A stretch of 32,000 nt of DNA from a candidate division TM6 bacterium GW2011_GWF2_28_16 (GTDB lineage: Bacteria > Babelota > Babeliae > Babelales > UASB340), in NCBI GenBank assembly GCA_000989185.1, contig LBNX01000001.1, positions 185,554-217,553 on the forward strand, read 5' to 3'. Position 1 is the first letter of the stretch, and every line of letters starts with the position of its first letter. The notes beneath the pieces are model-generated. The model saw nothing but the letters and a program-made list of their open reading frames with translations, searched no databases and had not been told where the DNA came from. Below are positions 1 to 7,525 of the stretch, one piece after another. The position numbers were made by a program, and so were the translations under genes.

Positions 1-550
1 TTGTATAATCTTGAAAATCTCTACTCAAATATCCCAAAATATGACTGGCCAAATTTTTATATATATAAAATCTTGAAAAATTTGTTTCGATAAATAAATT
101 TCTAGATTCACTGCATTGCTCAAATATTAATGACAACTGATCAAATGTAATATCTTTTTTTATTAATATATTTTTATGTTGTCTATTATTATAAACAATT
201 TTACCTAAAAAATTATTTTCTAAAAAATTTATATTTAATATTTCACTTACTTTTTCCAGAGTATTATCTTGTTGTTGTGATAATTTATACTCGCCTGTTC
301 CATTCCAGTATAAATCATAAATAGGCATATTAGATGCTAGTAATTTATTATTACAATCAACAATATTGCCACGCAATGGCACTAATTTTTCTGTTCTTAA
401 AAAATTACGTTCACCAAGTGTAGAGTATTTTGTATTCGATTTAACTTGTAAATATATAAGTCTTATTGTAAGGACAAAAATAAAAAAACAAAAAAATAAA
501 AATATTTTAATTATTTTATTATTTCTTTCTTGTAATAATTGTTCTTTAAT
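1..550 (-). CDS. Class B penicillin-binding protein (PBP2/FtsI-family transpeptidase), N-terminal part. The gene continues beyond the left window edge and is absent from the supplied ORF track.
   Basis: My own minus-strand reading (codons 550-548 ... 4-2) is open all the way: (ATT)KEQLLQERNNKIIKIFLFFCFFIFVLTIRLIYLQVKSNTKYSTLGERNFLRTEKLVPLRGNIVDCNNKLLASNMPIYDLYWNG...FYIYKNLASHILGYLSRDFQDYT. It shows a short basic tail, one TM helix and the RGxIxDxNxxxLAxN ... HxLGY pattern typical of PBP2/FtsI N-termini. The start codon is unresolved (see findings). Confidence 0.6.
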   Translation of the reverse strand, partial: MKEQLLQERNNKIIKIFLFFCFFIFVLTIRLIYLQVKSNTKYSTLGERNFLRTEKLVPLRGNIVDCNNKLLASNMPIYDLYWNGTGEYKLSQQQDNTLEKVSEILNINFLENNFLGKIVYNNRQHKNILIKKDITFDQLSLIFEQCSESRNLFIETNFSRFYIYKNLASHILGYLSRDFQDYT

Positions 551-565
551 CGCAATCTCCAGTTT

Positions 566-1510
566 TTATTTTTTACTATTCATAAAATCAAAATTTTTCA
601 TTCTGTTCATAGGGTGCTTTTCGTCGCACATTTTTGCAAGTTCAGCATTTGTTACATGCGTATAAATTTCTGTTGTAGAAATATTTTCGTGGCCCAACAG
701 CTCTTGTATAACACGCAAATCTACACCCTGTGTTAATAAATGAGTTGCAAAAGAATGCCTGATCTTATGAGGCGTTAATCTTTTTTCTATTTTTAAAAAC
801 TTTCTAAACATTTCAAATATTCTTTGCACAGAACGAGCTGTTATTTTTTGTCCTGTATAATTTAAAAATAAATAATCAGAATCAAGCCCTTTTAAAAGTT
901 GCATTCTTTCTATTTCAAAATATTTTTGCATACTCATTTTAGCTTTATCTCCAAAAAGAACAATGCGTTCTTTACGCCCCTTTCCAAATACTTTTATTTG
1001 TTTATTTTCTAAATCTATATCTGTTAATTTTATATCAACAAGTTCCGAGCAACGCATTCCTGTTGCATAAAAAAGTTCAAATATAGTTCTATCTCTTAAT
1101 GGATATTTAGTTGGCAAATCATCATCTTTTATTGAATCTAATAAATAAAAAATTTCATCTACCGAAAAAACTATGGGCAACTTTTTGTCTAATTTTGGCG
1201 ATTTAAAATTAAAGCTTAATTTATGTCCCATAGATCGCAAAAATAAAATAAAAGATCTAAAACATGATAATTTACGTGCCAAAGTTGCTTTAGAAATTTT
1301 TTTATAAAATAAAGACAAAATATACTTTTTCATTAAGTCGTCTAGAGATAAAAAAATTTTTTTATCATTTTTTAAATACTTTTCCCAAAAATTAATAAAC
1401 TGCCCCAAATCTGCCTGATAAGCACGTAAAGTATTTGTAGAAACATTTTTTTCTACTTCTAAAAAAGATAAAAAATCTTTTTCTTTATTTATAAATTCTG
1501 TAATATTCAT
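566..1510 (-). CDS. Tyrosine site-specific recombinase, XerC/XerD family
   Basis: 314 aa. The N-terminal SAM-like region reads TLRAYQADLGQF. The catalytic C-terminus reads HKIRHSFATHLLTQGVDLRVIQELLGHENISTTEIYTHV, giving the R..HxxR..Y signature. Confidence 0.9.
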   Translation of the reverse strand: MNITEFINKEKDFLSFLEVEKNVSTNTLRAYQADLGQFINFWEKYLKNDKKIFLSLDDLMKKYILSLFYKKISKATLARKLSCFRSFILFLRSMGHKLSFNFKSPKLDKKLPIVFSVDEIFYLLDSIKDDDLPTKYPLRDRTIFELFYATGMRCSELVDIKLTDIDLENKQIKVFGKGRKERIVLFGDKAKMSMQKYFEIERMQLLKGLDSDYLFLNYTGQKITARSVQRIFEMFRKFLKIEKRLTPHKIRHSFATHLLTQGVDLRVIQELLGHENISTTEIYTHVTNAELAKMCDEKHPMNRMKNFDFMNSKK

Positions 1511-1585
1511 AATAAGTTAAGTCCCCGTTTTATTATTTTTATTATAAGTTTTAATTTTAAAAAATATAACGCTATAAAAGATATT

Positions 1586-2236
1586 ATGACAATAAAAAAA
1601 ATTATAGAGAATTTAACTGTAGAAACTAAAAATTTTACACCAACACTTATAACACAAATTACAAAAAATTATGGGCAAGACCCTTTTTTAATTTTGATTT
1701 GTTGTCTTTTAAGTCTAAGATCCAAAGATATAGTCACCATACATGTTTGTAATAACTTATTAAAAATAGCAAAAACACCTCAAGATATTTTAAATATAAA
1801 TTTACAAGAGCTTGAAAAAATTATATTTAAAATTGGCTTTTACAAAAACAAAGCTCAAGTTTTACATAAAGTTTCTAAAATATTGCTGGAAAAATATAAT
1901 GGACATGTTCCAAACACAGAAAAAGAATTATTAAGTTTACCTGGTGTTGGACGCAAAACTGCAAATCTTGTTATGGGTTTAGCTTTTAATAACCCAGCTA
2001 TTTGCGTTGATATTCACGTGCACAGAATTTCTAATAGACTTGGGCTTATAAAAACCAAAACTCCAGAACAAACAGAATTTGCTTTACAAAAAATTTTGCC
2101 ACAAAAATACTGGATACTTTATAACGATTTAATTGTAAAACATGGACAAAATATTTGCACACCTGTTTCACCATGGTGTAGCAAGTGTGCAATTAATAAG
2201 TTTTGTAAAAAAATTGGTGTTAAAAAAAGTAGATAA
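1586..2236 (+). CDS. nth: Endonuclease III (DNA glycosylase/AP lyase)
   Basis: 216 aa. The HhH-GPD motif is LLSLPGVGRKTANLVMG. The C-terminal 4Fe-4S cluster loop is C-x6-C-x2-C-x5-C (CTPVSPWCSKCAINKFC). Confidence 0.9.
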   Translation: MTIKKIIENLTVETKNFTPTLITQITKNYGQDPFLILICCLLSLRSKDIVTIHVCNNLLKIAKTPQDILNINLQELEKIIFKIGFYKNKAQVLHKVSKILLEKYNGHVPNTEKELLSLPGVGRKTANLVMGLAFNNPAICVDIHVHRISNRLGLIKTKTPEQTEFALQKILPQKYWILYNDLIVKHGQNICTPVSPWCSKCAINKFCKKIGVKKSR

Positions 2237-2255
2237 ACATTACAACTATACAATC

Positions 2256-2311
2256 GTAGCCCAGCGCATACGCAACTGGGCTACCGCAAAACCGCCTGCT
2301 GACGCAGGCTC
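2256..2311. repeat. REP pair, left: two GC-rich hairpins
   Basis: Hairpin 1 (2256-2284) is gtagcccag-cgcatacgcaa-ctgggctac with a 9-bp stem. Hairpin 2 (2294-2309) is gcctgc-tgac-gcaggc with a 6-bp stem. Confidence 0.8.
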
Positions 2312-2317
2312 ATTAAA

Positions 2318-2704
2318 TTAATTTCTCTTAACATTGTGATGTTGCTCTTGATTTAAAATATAATTCTTAATTCTTTTTATAGAATGTCTATCAACAGAAA
2401 ATACACCATACCCCTCTTGCCATGCAAAATCTGCCATAAATTGTGTCTTAATAAGTCGCGATGAATTTGATTTTATTTTACACACAAGATCAGATATTGT
2501 ATTTTGAGGCTCCATTTGAACTAAAATATGTATGTGATCATGAATTCCACCAATAGCAATTAAATGCCAACCCTTTGTTTTAACTATTTGGCCTATATAA
2601 TGATATAAATCATCTTTAAATTCTGGCATAATAATTGGTTGTTTATTCTTAGTTTTCCAAATTACATGGTAATATAATTTTGAATAAACATGATTCTTTT
2701 TCAT
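2318..2704 (-). CDS. REP-associated tyrosine transposase (RAYT; IS200/IS605-like Y1 HUH protein)
   Basis: 128 aa. It has the HUH motif GGIHDHIHILV, WQEGYGVFSV, and the C-terminal catalytic-Tyr motif IKNYILNQEQHH. It is a single gene flanked by REP hairpins rather than by IS ends. Confidence 0.85.
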   Translation of the reverse strand: MKKNHVYSKLYYHVIWKTKNKQPIIMPEFKDDLYHYIGQIVKTKGWHLIAIGGIHDHIHILVQMEPQNTISDLVCKIKSNSSRLIKTQFMADFAWQEGYGVFSVDRHSIKRIKNYILNQEQHHNVKRN

Positions 2705-2794
2705 AAATAAATCCCGATAAATATAATTTTGCTTTTATTAACAAGGGTTTTATTTATATACAAAAAATTAAATATATCAAGATTATTTAAAATT

Positions 2795-2849
2795 GAGCCT
2801 GCGTCAGCAGGCGACTTTATGGTAGCCCAGTTGCGTATGCGCTGGGCTA
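2795..2849. repeat. REP pair, right: inverted copy of 2256-2311
   Basis: gagcctgcgtcagcaggcg (2795-2813) and gtagcccagttgcgtatgcgctgggcta (2822-2849) are exact reverse complements of the left hairpins. Confidence 0.8.
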
Positions 2850-2894
2850 AGCAAAAATAATTCTTGTAACTTTTTAAAACCGTTATATCTTAAA
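2849..2894 (+). promoter_or_regulatory. Promoter-like module, copy A, directly abutting the right REP
   Basis: aagcaaaaat-aa-ttcttgtaactttttaaa...tatcttaaa. It contains a TTGTAA -35-like hexamer and a TATCTT -10-like hexamer. It is nearly identical to 3391-3437. Confidence 0.45.
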
Positions 2895-2942
2895 TTTAAG
2901 AACCATATTTTCGTTTTTTATCAATAGAGAAGGAGAGATAGT

Positions 2943-3380
2943 ATGAAAAAATTAATAATTTTATTAATAATTGTATTATTAACAAATAACATTTTTGCCA
3001 ATAATACACAAAAATTTAATAAAAATAATGTGACTATAGATTTTAATAGCGATGGCAACCCAGAAATAACAATCGCCCCACAAAATACAGAAATTGACAT
3101 AAACTCTGATGGTACACAAGATCTAAAAGTTTCAAATAAACTATTAAAAAAAATAATAATAACTCTTGCGTGTGCAATAACTGTTATATATGGCACAGAT
3201 AGTGCGCTAAAAGCTTTGGGTGCAAAATCTGGTACAGAAAAATATAATTTTGGAGATTTAACAGATAATACAATAAAAAAATTACAAGCATTTGGCCCAA
3301 ACACACTAACTTTTATAAAAGAAAATTCAAGCAAAATTTTAGAAGGGCTAAAAAATATATTTATATCGCAACAAAATTAG
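2943..3380 (+). CDS. Small exported or membrane-anchored orphan protein
   Basis: 145 aa, with a GGAG RBS at 2932-2935. The signal peptide is MKKLIILLIIVLLTNNIFA. It has a tandem ID(F/I)NSDG motif and a hydrophobic segment, IIITLACAITVIYG. Confidence 0.6.
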   Translation: MKKLIILLIIVLLTNNIFANNTQKFNKNNVTIDFNSDGNPEITIAPQNTEIDINSDGTQDLKVSNKLLKKIIITLACAITVIYGTDSALKALGAKSGTEKYNFGDLTDNTIKKLQAFGPNTLTFIKENSSKILEGLKNIFISQQN

Positions 3381-3390
3381 CCCAGCGCGA
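3378..3390. repeat. Orphan REP half-site
   Basis: tagcccagcgcga matches the 5-prime arm of the 2256 hairpin (tagcccagcgca). It overlaps the stop codon of the preceding gene and is followed by promoter module copy B. Confidence 0.4.
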
Positions 3391-3437
3391 AAGCAAAAAT
3401 TTTTCTTGTAACTTTTTAAATTAATTAATATCTTAAA
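3391..3437 (+). promoter_or_regulatory. Promoter-like module, copy B
   Basis: aagcaaaaat-tt-ttcttgtaactttttaaa...tatcttaaa. It shares blocks of 10 and 18 identical nt with copy A. Confidence 0.45.
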
Positions 3438-3477
3438 CCACAGTAGTAATTTTATTCACATTTTTTTAGGAGAAAGT

Positions 3478-4029
3478 ATGAAAAAAGTAGCAATAGTATT
3501 GCTAGGTCTATTAATTTCTGGTCCTGTTTTTGCAATTGATACTGAACCAAAACTTGGTGATACAGAGGAAAATTTTACTTTATCTGGAAAAGATAAATTT
3601 AAAGATCTTGTAAAACAATTAATAGAAAAACAAAAGAATATATCTAATTTAACACTTGATAAAATAGATGATAACTCAACAGTTGTTACAATTACAACTG
3701 AAGATTCAACTCAAAAAATTATTATTCAAAATAGCAAACTTCAAAAATATTTTATAAACGCTTTAATTATGTATGGCATATTACTGGGAACAGATGCATT
3801 AGGCAATCTGGTAGCAAAATTAACATATAATGAAGATATAGAATTTGGTGTTTATGGAGAATATGTTTACGCACCAGGAGACTTAAACAGAATTACAATA
3901 CATGCCATTATTCTTAGTTGGGAATGGCTAGATCAAAATGTTCCAGTATTTTTGACTTTACTCAAAGCATATATATCTCAAGGAATATCAAAAATTGATG
4001 CAATTATTTATCCTAATAAATACAATTAA
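3478..4029 (+). CDS. Small exported or membrane-anchored orphan protein, possibly a distant paralog of 2943-3380
   Basis: 183 aa, with an AGGAG RBS. The signal peptide is MKKVAIVLLGLLISGPVFA. The segment SKLQKYFINALIMYGILLGTDALGNLVAKL...FG resembles NKLLKKIIITLACAITVIYGTDSALKALGAK...FG in the upstream protein. Confidence 0.6.
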   Translation: MKKVAIVLLGLLISGPVFAIDTEPKLGDTEENFTLSGKDKFKDLVKQLIEKQKNISNLTLDKIDDNSTVVTITTEDSTQKIIIQNSKLQKYFINALIMYGILLGTDALGNLVAKLTYNEDIEFGVYGEYVYAPGDLNRITIHAIILSWEWLDQNVPVFLTLLKAYISQGISKIDAIIYPNKYN

Positions 4030-4060
4030 ATAACTGAAACATATTAAAGAGACTATTATA

Positions 4061-4102
4061 AAAAAAATAGCCCGGTTTAAATTCACCGGGCTATTTTTTT
4101 TT
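4061..4102. terminator. Bidirectional rho-independent terminator
   Basis: The stem is tagcccggt (4068-4076) paired with accgggcta (4085-4093), with an 8-nt loop. It is flanked by an A7 run and a T9 run. It sits between the convergent genes 3478-4029 (+) and thrS (-). Confidence 0.85.
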
Positions 4103-4121
4103 ATTTTAACAGAATGACAAA

Positions 4122-5828
4122 CTAAAATTTATTTAACTCTTGCGCTCTCTTAATTAGCTCATCAACAGTTAAATTAAATTCTTGTTTACCATCAAGATGT
4201 CTTAACGTTACAGTTTTATTCTCTTGCTCTTTTTTGCCAATAACAATCATCCATGGAATTTGTTCAACTTGAGCATTTCTAACTTGAGCCGAAAGTTGAT
4301 CGCCAGATTTATCTTGCTCAACGCGAATATCAGCATCAAAAAGTTTATCAAAAATTAAACCTGCATAATCTTTTACATCATCTGTAATAGTTAGCACTCG
4401 AGCCTGAACCGGGGCAAGCCAAAATGGAAAACGACCTTTGTAATGTTCAACAAGAATACCCAAAAATCTTTCTATAGAACCATAAATAGCTCTATGAAGC
4501 ATTACTGGAGTATCTTTAGTTTGATCAGCTTTTATATATTCAATATTAAAGTTTTTTGGCATAAAGAAATCTACTTGTATAGTTCCACACTGCCATTCTC
4601 GGCCCATCATGTCTTTTAAAACAACCTCTATCTTTGGACCATAAAAAGCGCCTTCGCCTTCTTTAATTTTATATTTTAAACCTTTATTTTCTAAGCCTGT
4701 TTTTAATGCTTGTGTTGCAGCATCCCAAGATGCAATATCGCCAATATATTTTTCTGGCCTTGTCGAAACTGCCATTAAAATTTCTTTAAAATCAAATTTG
4801 CTATAAACGTCTATAGCTAATTTAAGCATTTTTTCTACTTCAGAAACTACCTGATCTGGGGTACAAAATACATGTGCATCGTCTTGAGTAAAACTACGAA
4901 CCCTAAATAGCCCATGTAAAACGCCAGAAAGTTCATATCTATAAACATGACCATATTCAGCAACTCTTAATGGAAACTCTCTGTACGATTTTGGCTTTTC
5001 TTTATAAACCAAAATACCAGCAGGACAATTCATTGGTTTTACACAATATGTAGTATCTTCAACAGTTGTAAAATACATATTGTTTTTATAATTTTCATAA
5101 TGCCCAGAAGTATGCCAAAGTGATTCGTTTAATATCATGGGCGTTTTAATTTCTTGATAATCACGTTTTAACATAAAGCGCATAAAATCTATAAGTTTAT
5201 TATAAACTTTTAAACCTTTATCTAAAAAAAATGCTGAGCCTGGAGCTTCTGGATGAAACGAAAATAACTCTAGTTGTTTACCCAATTTTCTGTGATCATA
5301 TTTTTGTGCTTCTTCTATTTGAGTTAAATAATCATTTAAATCTTTTTCTGTTTCAAAAGCTATGCCATAAATTCTTTGCAATGCTGTATTATTTTTGTCT
5401 GCACGCCAATAAGAACCTGCAACACTTGTTAATTTAAAATATTTTATTTCACCAGTAGATTCTACGTGGCCGCCTTTACATAGATCGCAAAAATTACCTT
5501 GGCAATAAACACCTACTTTTTCATCAGTAATATTATTTATTAATTCTTCTTTAAATTCGTTATCTTTAAAAAGTATTAAAGCTTCTTTTTTAGAAACTAA
5601 TTTGCCTTCTATTTTATAATTCTTTTTAGAAAGTTCGTGCATTTTAGCTTCGATAACAGGCAAATCTTCTTCGGTAAAGTTTCTTGTAGGTAAAAAATCA
5701 TAAAAAAAGCCTGTTTCTGTTGTAGGGCCAATAGTCAATTTGGTGCCTGGAAATAATTCTAGAACGGCCTGCGCTGCCAAATGAGCTGCAGAGTGCCTGA
5801 TATTATCTAGCTTTTCGTTTTTTTTCAT
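4122..5828 (-). CDS. thrS: Threonyl-tRNA synthetase lacking the N-terminal TGS domain
   Basis: 568 aa. It starts at the editing-domain motif IRHSAAHLAAQA. Class II motifs present include MNCPAG and FTQDDAHVF. An in-frame TAG lies 4 codons upstream of the ATG, and a GGGAG RBS is present. Confidence 0.92.
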   Translation of the reverse strand: MKKNEKLDNIRHSAAHLAAQAVLELFPGTKLTIGPTTETGFFYDFLPTRNFTEEDLPVIEAKMHELSKKNYKIEGKLVSKKEALILFKDNEFKEELINNITDEKVGVYCQGNFCDLCKGGHVESTGEIKYFKLTSVAGSYWRADKNNTALQRIYGIAFETEKDLNDYLTQIEEAQKYDHRKLGKQLELFSFHPEAPGSAFFLDKGLKVYNKLIDFMRFMLKRDYQEIKTPMILNESLWHTSGHYENYKNNMYFTTVEDTTYCVKPMNCPAGILVYKEKPKSYREFPLRVAEYGHVYRYELSGVLHGLFRVRSFTQDDAHVFCTPDQVVSEVEKMLKLAIDVYSKFDFKEILMAVSTRPEKYIGDIASWDAATQALKTGLENKGLKYKIKEGEGAFYGPKIEVVLKDMMGREWQCGTIQVDFFMPKNFNIEYIKADQTKDTPVMLHRAIYGSIERFLGILVEHYKGRFPFWLAPVQARVLTITDDVKDYAGLIFDKLFDADIRVEQDKSGDQLSAQVRNAQVEQIPWMIVIGKKEQENKTVTLRHLDGKQEFNLTVDELIKRAQELNKF

Positions 5829-5952
5829 AAATGCTCCCTACAAACATAATACACCTAATACGATTATCACTAACTATTGTTATATTATAATTAAAAATAA
5901 ATTTTGAAAAGCGAGATAAATTTATAATAGTTTTATTTTATTGCTTTAAAAA

Positions 5953-5966
5953 TATCACGCGTGATA
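5953..5966. promoter_or_regulatory. Perfect 14-bp palindrome in the divergent thrS/phoH2 promoter region; candidate operator
   Basis: The sequence is tatcacg/cgtgata. It lies about 17 nt upstream of a TATAAT hexamer (5983-5988) that faces the PhoH2 gene. Confidence 0.3.
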
Positions 5967-6027
5967 ATATATTTCAGCTTTTATATAATTTTATCTAAAA
6001 AATCTTATGTAAATAAAGGAGCATTAT

Positions 6028-7482
6028 ATGAACCCAGAACTATTACTCAATAAAAAAAATGATGAAAATGTAACACATAAAGAGTTTAGGGCAAAAAGAG
6101 TTTTTGTTCTGGATACAAATGTTTTATTACACGACAGTAAATCTATATTTCACTTTAAGGGAGTTGTTGTTGTAATACCATTTGTTGTTCTAGAAGAGCT
6201 TGATACCTTTAAAAAAGACCAAGGTGAAATAGGTCGCAATGCCAGACACATAATACGCTCTATCGATGAGCTAAGATCAAAAGGCTGTTTAAGTGATGGT
6301 GTTGAAATTACCAATGGCACCAAAACTATCTTAAAAATAGTAGAAACACCAAAACTTTCGGAAAACGAAGAACTAATTGGTGATTTAGCCGACAATTTAA
6401 TTATAAAAACAGCACAAATTTTGGTTGAGCAAGGCTATGAAGTAACCTTTGTTACAAAAGATATAAATGCAAGAGTCAAAGCTGATGCACTAGGCATAGA
6501 TGCCGAAGATTATGAAGTTGAATCTGTATCTACAGACGATTTTTATAAAGGCTGGATAAGAGCGCAAGTACCTGCAAATATATTGCGCCAAATGGGTTTA
6601 AGTTCTATACCAGAAGTATTAAGTCAAAATAATATACAAATAAATAATTTATCTGCTAACGAATTTGTAATTTTAAATAGCGAAAATAATCCCGAAAATT
6701 ATCGCTTATTTAGATTTTTGGGTGGCAAAAACTTTAAAGAAGTCGAAAACATTACTATTGCTTCGCAATTTAGTGCCAAAAACATACAGCAATTAATGGC
6801 TCTAGATTTATTAATGGATGATGACATCAAAATAGTAAGTTTAGTTGGAGGAGCTGGTACTGGTAAAACATTTTTAACGCTTCTTGCTGGATTACAAAAA
6901 GTTATTAACGACAGAGTTTACAGAAAATTTTTAATTACAAGACCTGTAATAGCTCTTGGCGCAGACATTGGTTATTTGCCAGGTGAAGTGCAAGAAAAAT
7001 TGCGCTATTGGATGCAACCAGTTTATGATAATTTAGAATATATTTACAGCCAGATAGATTCTACAGTTAGTCATGATGAAACAGAAAACCAGGGCAAGAA
7101 AAAAGATAAACATAAACAAAAGAAACATGCAAAATTGTTATCAGAATCTCCTGTAGATAGTTTGCAACAAAAAGGTGTTTTAAGTTTAGAAGCAATAACA
7201 TACATGCGTGGTAGATCTATTCCAAATCAATTTGTTTTTATAGACGAAGTTCAAAACTTAAACCCTCATGAAGTTAAAACTATTGTAAGTAGAGCTGGCG
7301 AAGGCACTAAAATTATTATAGCTGGTGACCCATTCCAGATAGATTCACCATACTTAGATTTTAGCAGTAACGGACTTATAGTTTCGAGTGCTAAATTAAA
7401 AAACTATTCAATATTTGGAACTGTATTTCTAGAAAAGAGTGAACGTAGTGAACTTGCAAAATTAGCGGCACAAATTTTATAA
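6028..7482 (+). CDS. PhoH2-type protein: N-terminal PIN nuclease domain fused to a PhoH-like ATPase
   Basis: 484 aa. The PIN domain reads VFVLDTNVLLHD. Walker A is GGAGTGKTF and Walker B is FVFIDEVQN. YMRGRS and the C-terminal SERSELA are also present. A Lys-rich insert, ENQGKKKDKHKQKKHAK, is included. Confidence 0.85.
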   Translation: MNPELLLNKKNDENVTHKEFRAKRVFVLDTNVLLHDSKSIFHFKGVVVVIPFVVLEELDTFKKDQGEIGRNARHIIRSIDELRSKGCLSDGVEITNGTKTILKIVETPKLSENEELIGDLADNLIIKTAQILVEQGYEVTFVTKDINARVKADALGIDAEDYEVESVSTDDFYKGWIRAQVPANILRQMGLSSIPEVLSQNNIQINNLSANEFVILNSENNPENYRLFRFLGGKNFKEVENITIASQFSAKNIQQLMALDLLMDDDIKIVSLVGGAGTGKTFLTLLAGLQKVINDRVYRKFLITRPVIALGADIGYLPGEVQEKLRYWMQPVYDNLEYIYSQIDSTVSHDETENQGKKKDKHKQKKHAKLLSESPVDSLQQKGVLSLEAITYMRGRSIPNQFVFIDEVQNLNPHEVKTIVSRAGEGTKIIIAGDPFQIDSPYLDFSSNGLIVSSAKLKNYSIFGTVFLEKSERSELAKLAAQIL

Positions 7483-7488
7483 TAATTA

Positions 7489-7517
7489 ATAAGGGGTACG
7501 TATTTAGTACCCCTTAT
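7489..7517. terminator. Bidirectional terminator hairpin
   Basis: aaggggtac (7491-7499) pairs with gtacccctt (7507-7515), with a 7-nt loop and an AT-rich flank. It sits between convergent genes. Confidence 0.7.
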
Positions 7518-7525
7518 ATATATTT

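Larger units (their letters stand above)
2256..2849 (-). mobile_element. RAYT-REP unit: a Y1 transposase gene bracketed by inverted pairs of REP hairpins
   Basis: The left block 2256-2311 is the reverse complement of the right block 2795-2849. Identity is 28/28 nt and 19/19 nt, with a diverged 9-nt spacer. Both blocks are GC-rich islands in AT-rich DNA. Confidence 0.8.

Noticed and set aside
480-540. Low-complexity A/T tracts as CRISPR or tandem repeats; also 30540-30600
   Set aside because: They are homopolymer-rich coding sequence (a TM helix and an Asn/Lys-rich linker). They have no repeat-spacer periodicity.
366-736. Plus-strand ORFs 366-665 and 539-736
   Set aside because: They are low-complexity, Phe/Ile/Lys-rich translations lying antisense to the well-supported PBP and XerC/D frames, so they are AT-rich shadow ORFs.
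566-2849. XerC/D-type recombinase plus nearby transposase as an integrative mobile element
   Set aside because: The recombinase looks like a standard chromosome-dimer-resolution Xer protein and is flanked by housekeeping genes (PBP, nth). The RAYT unit is self-contained, and no att-like repeats were seen.
2921-3334. Minus-strand 137-aa ORF antisense to the gene at 2943-3380
   Set aside because: It has no RBS and gives a hydrophobic shadow translation. The plus-strand gene has a GGAG RBS and a clean signal peptide.
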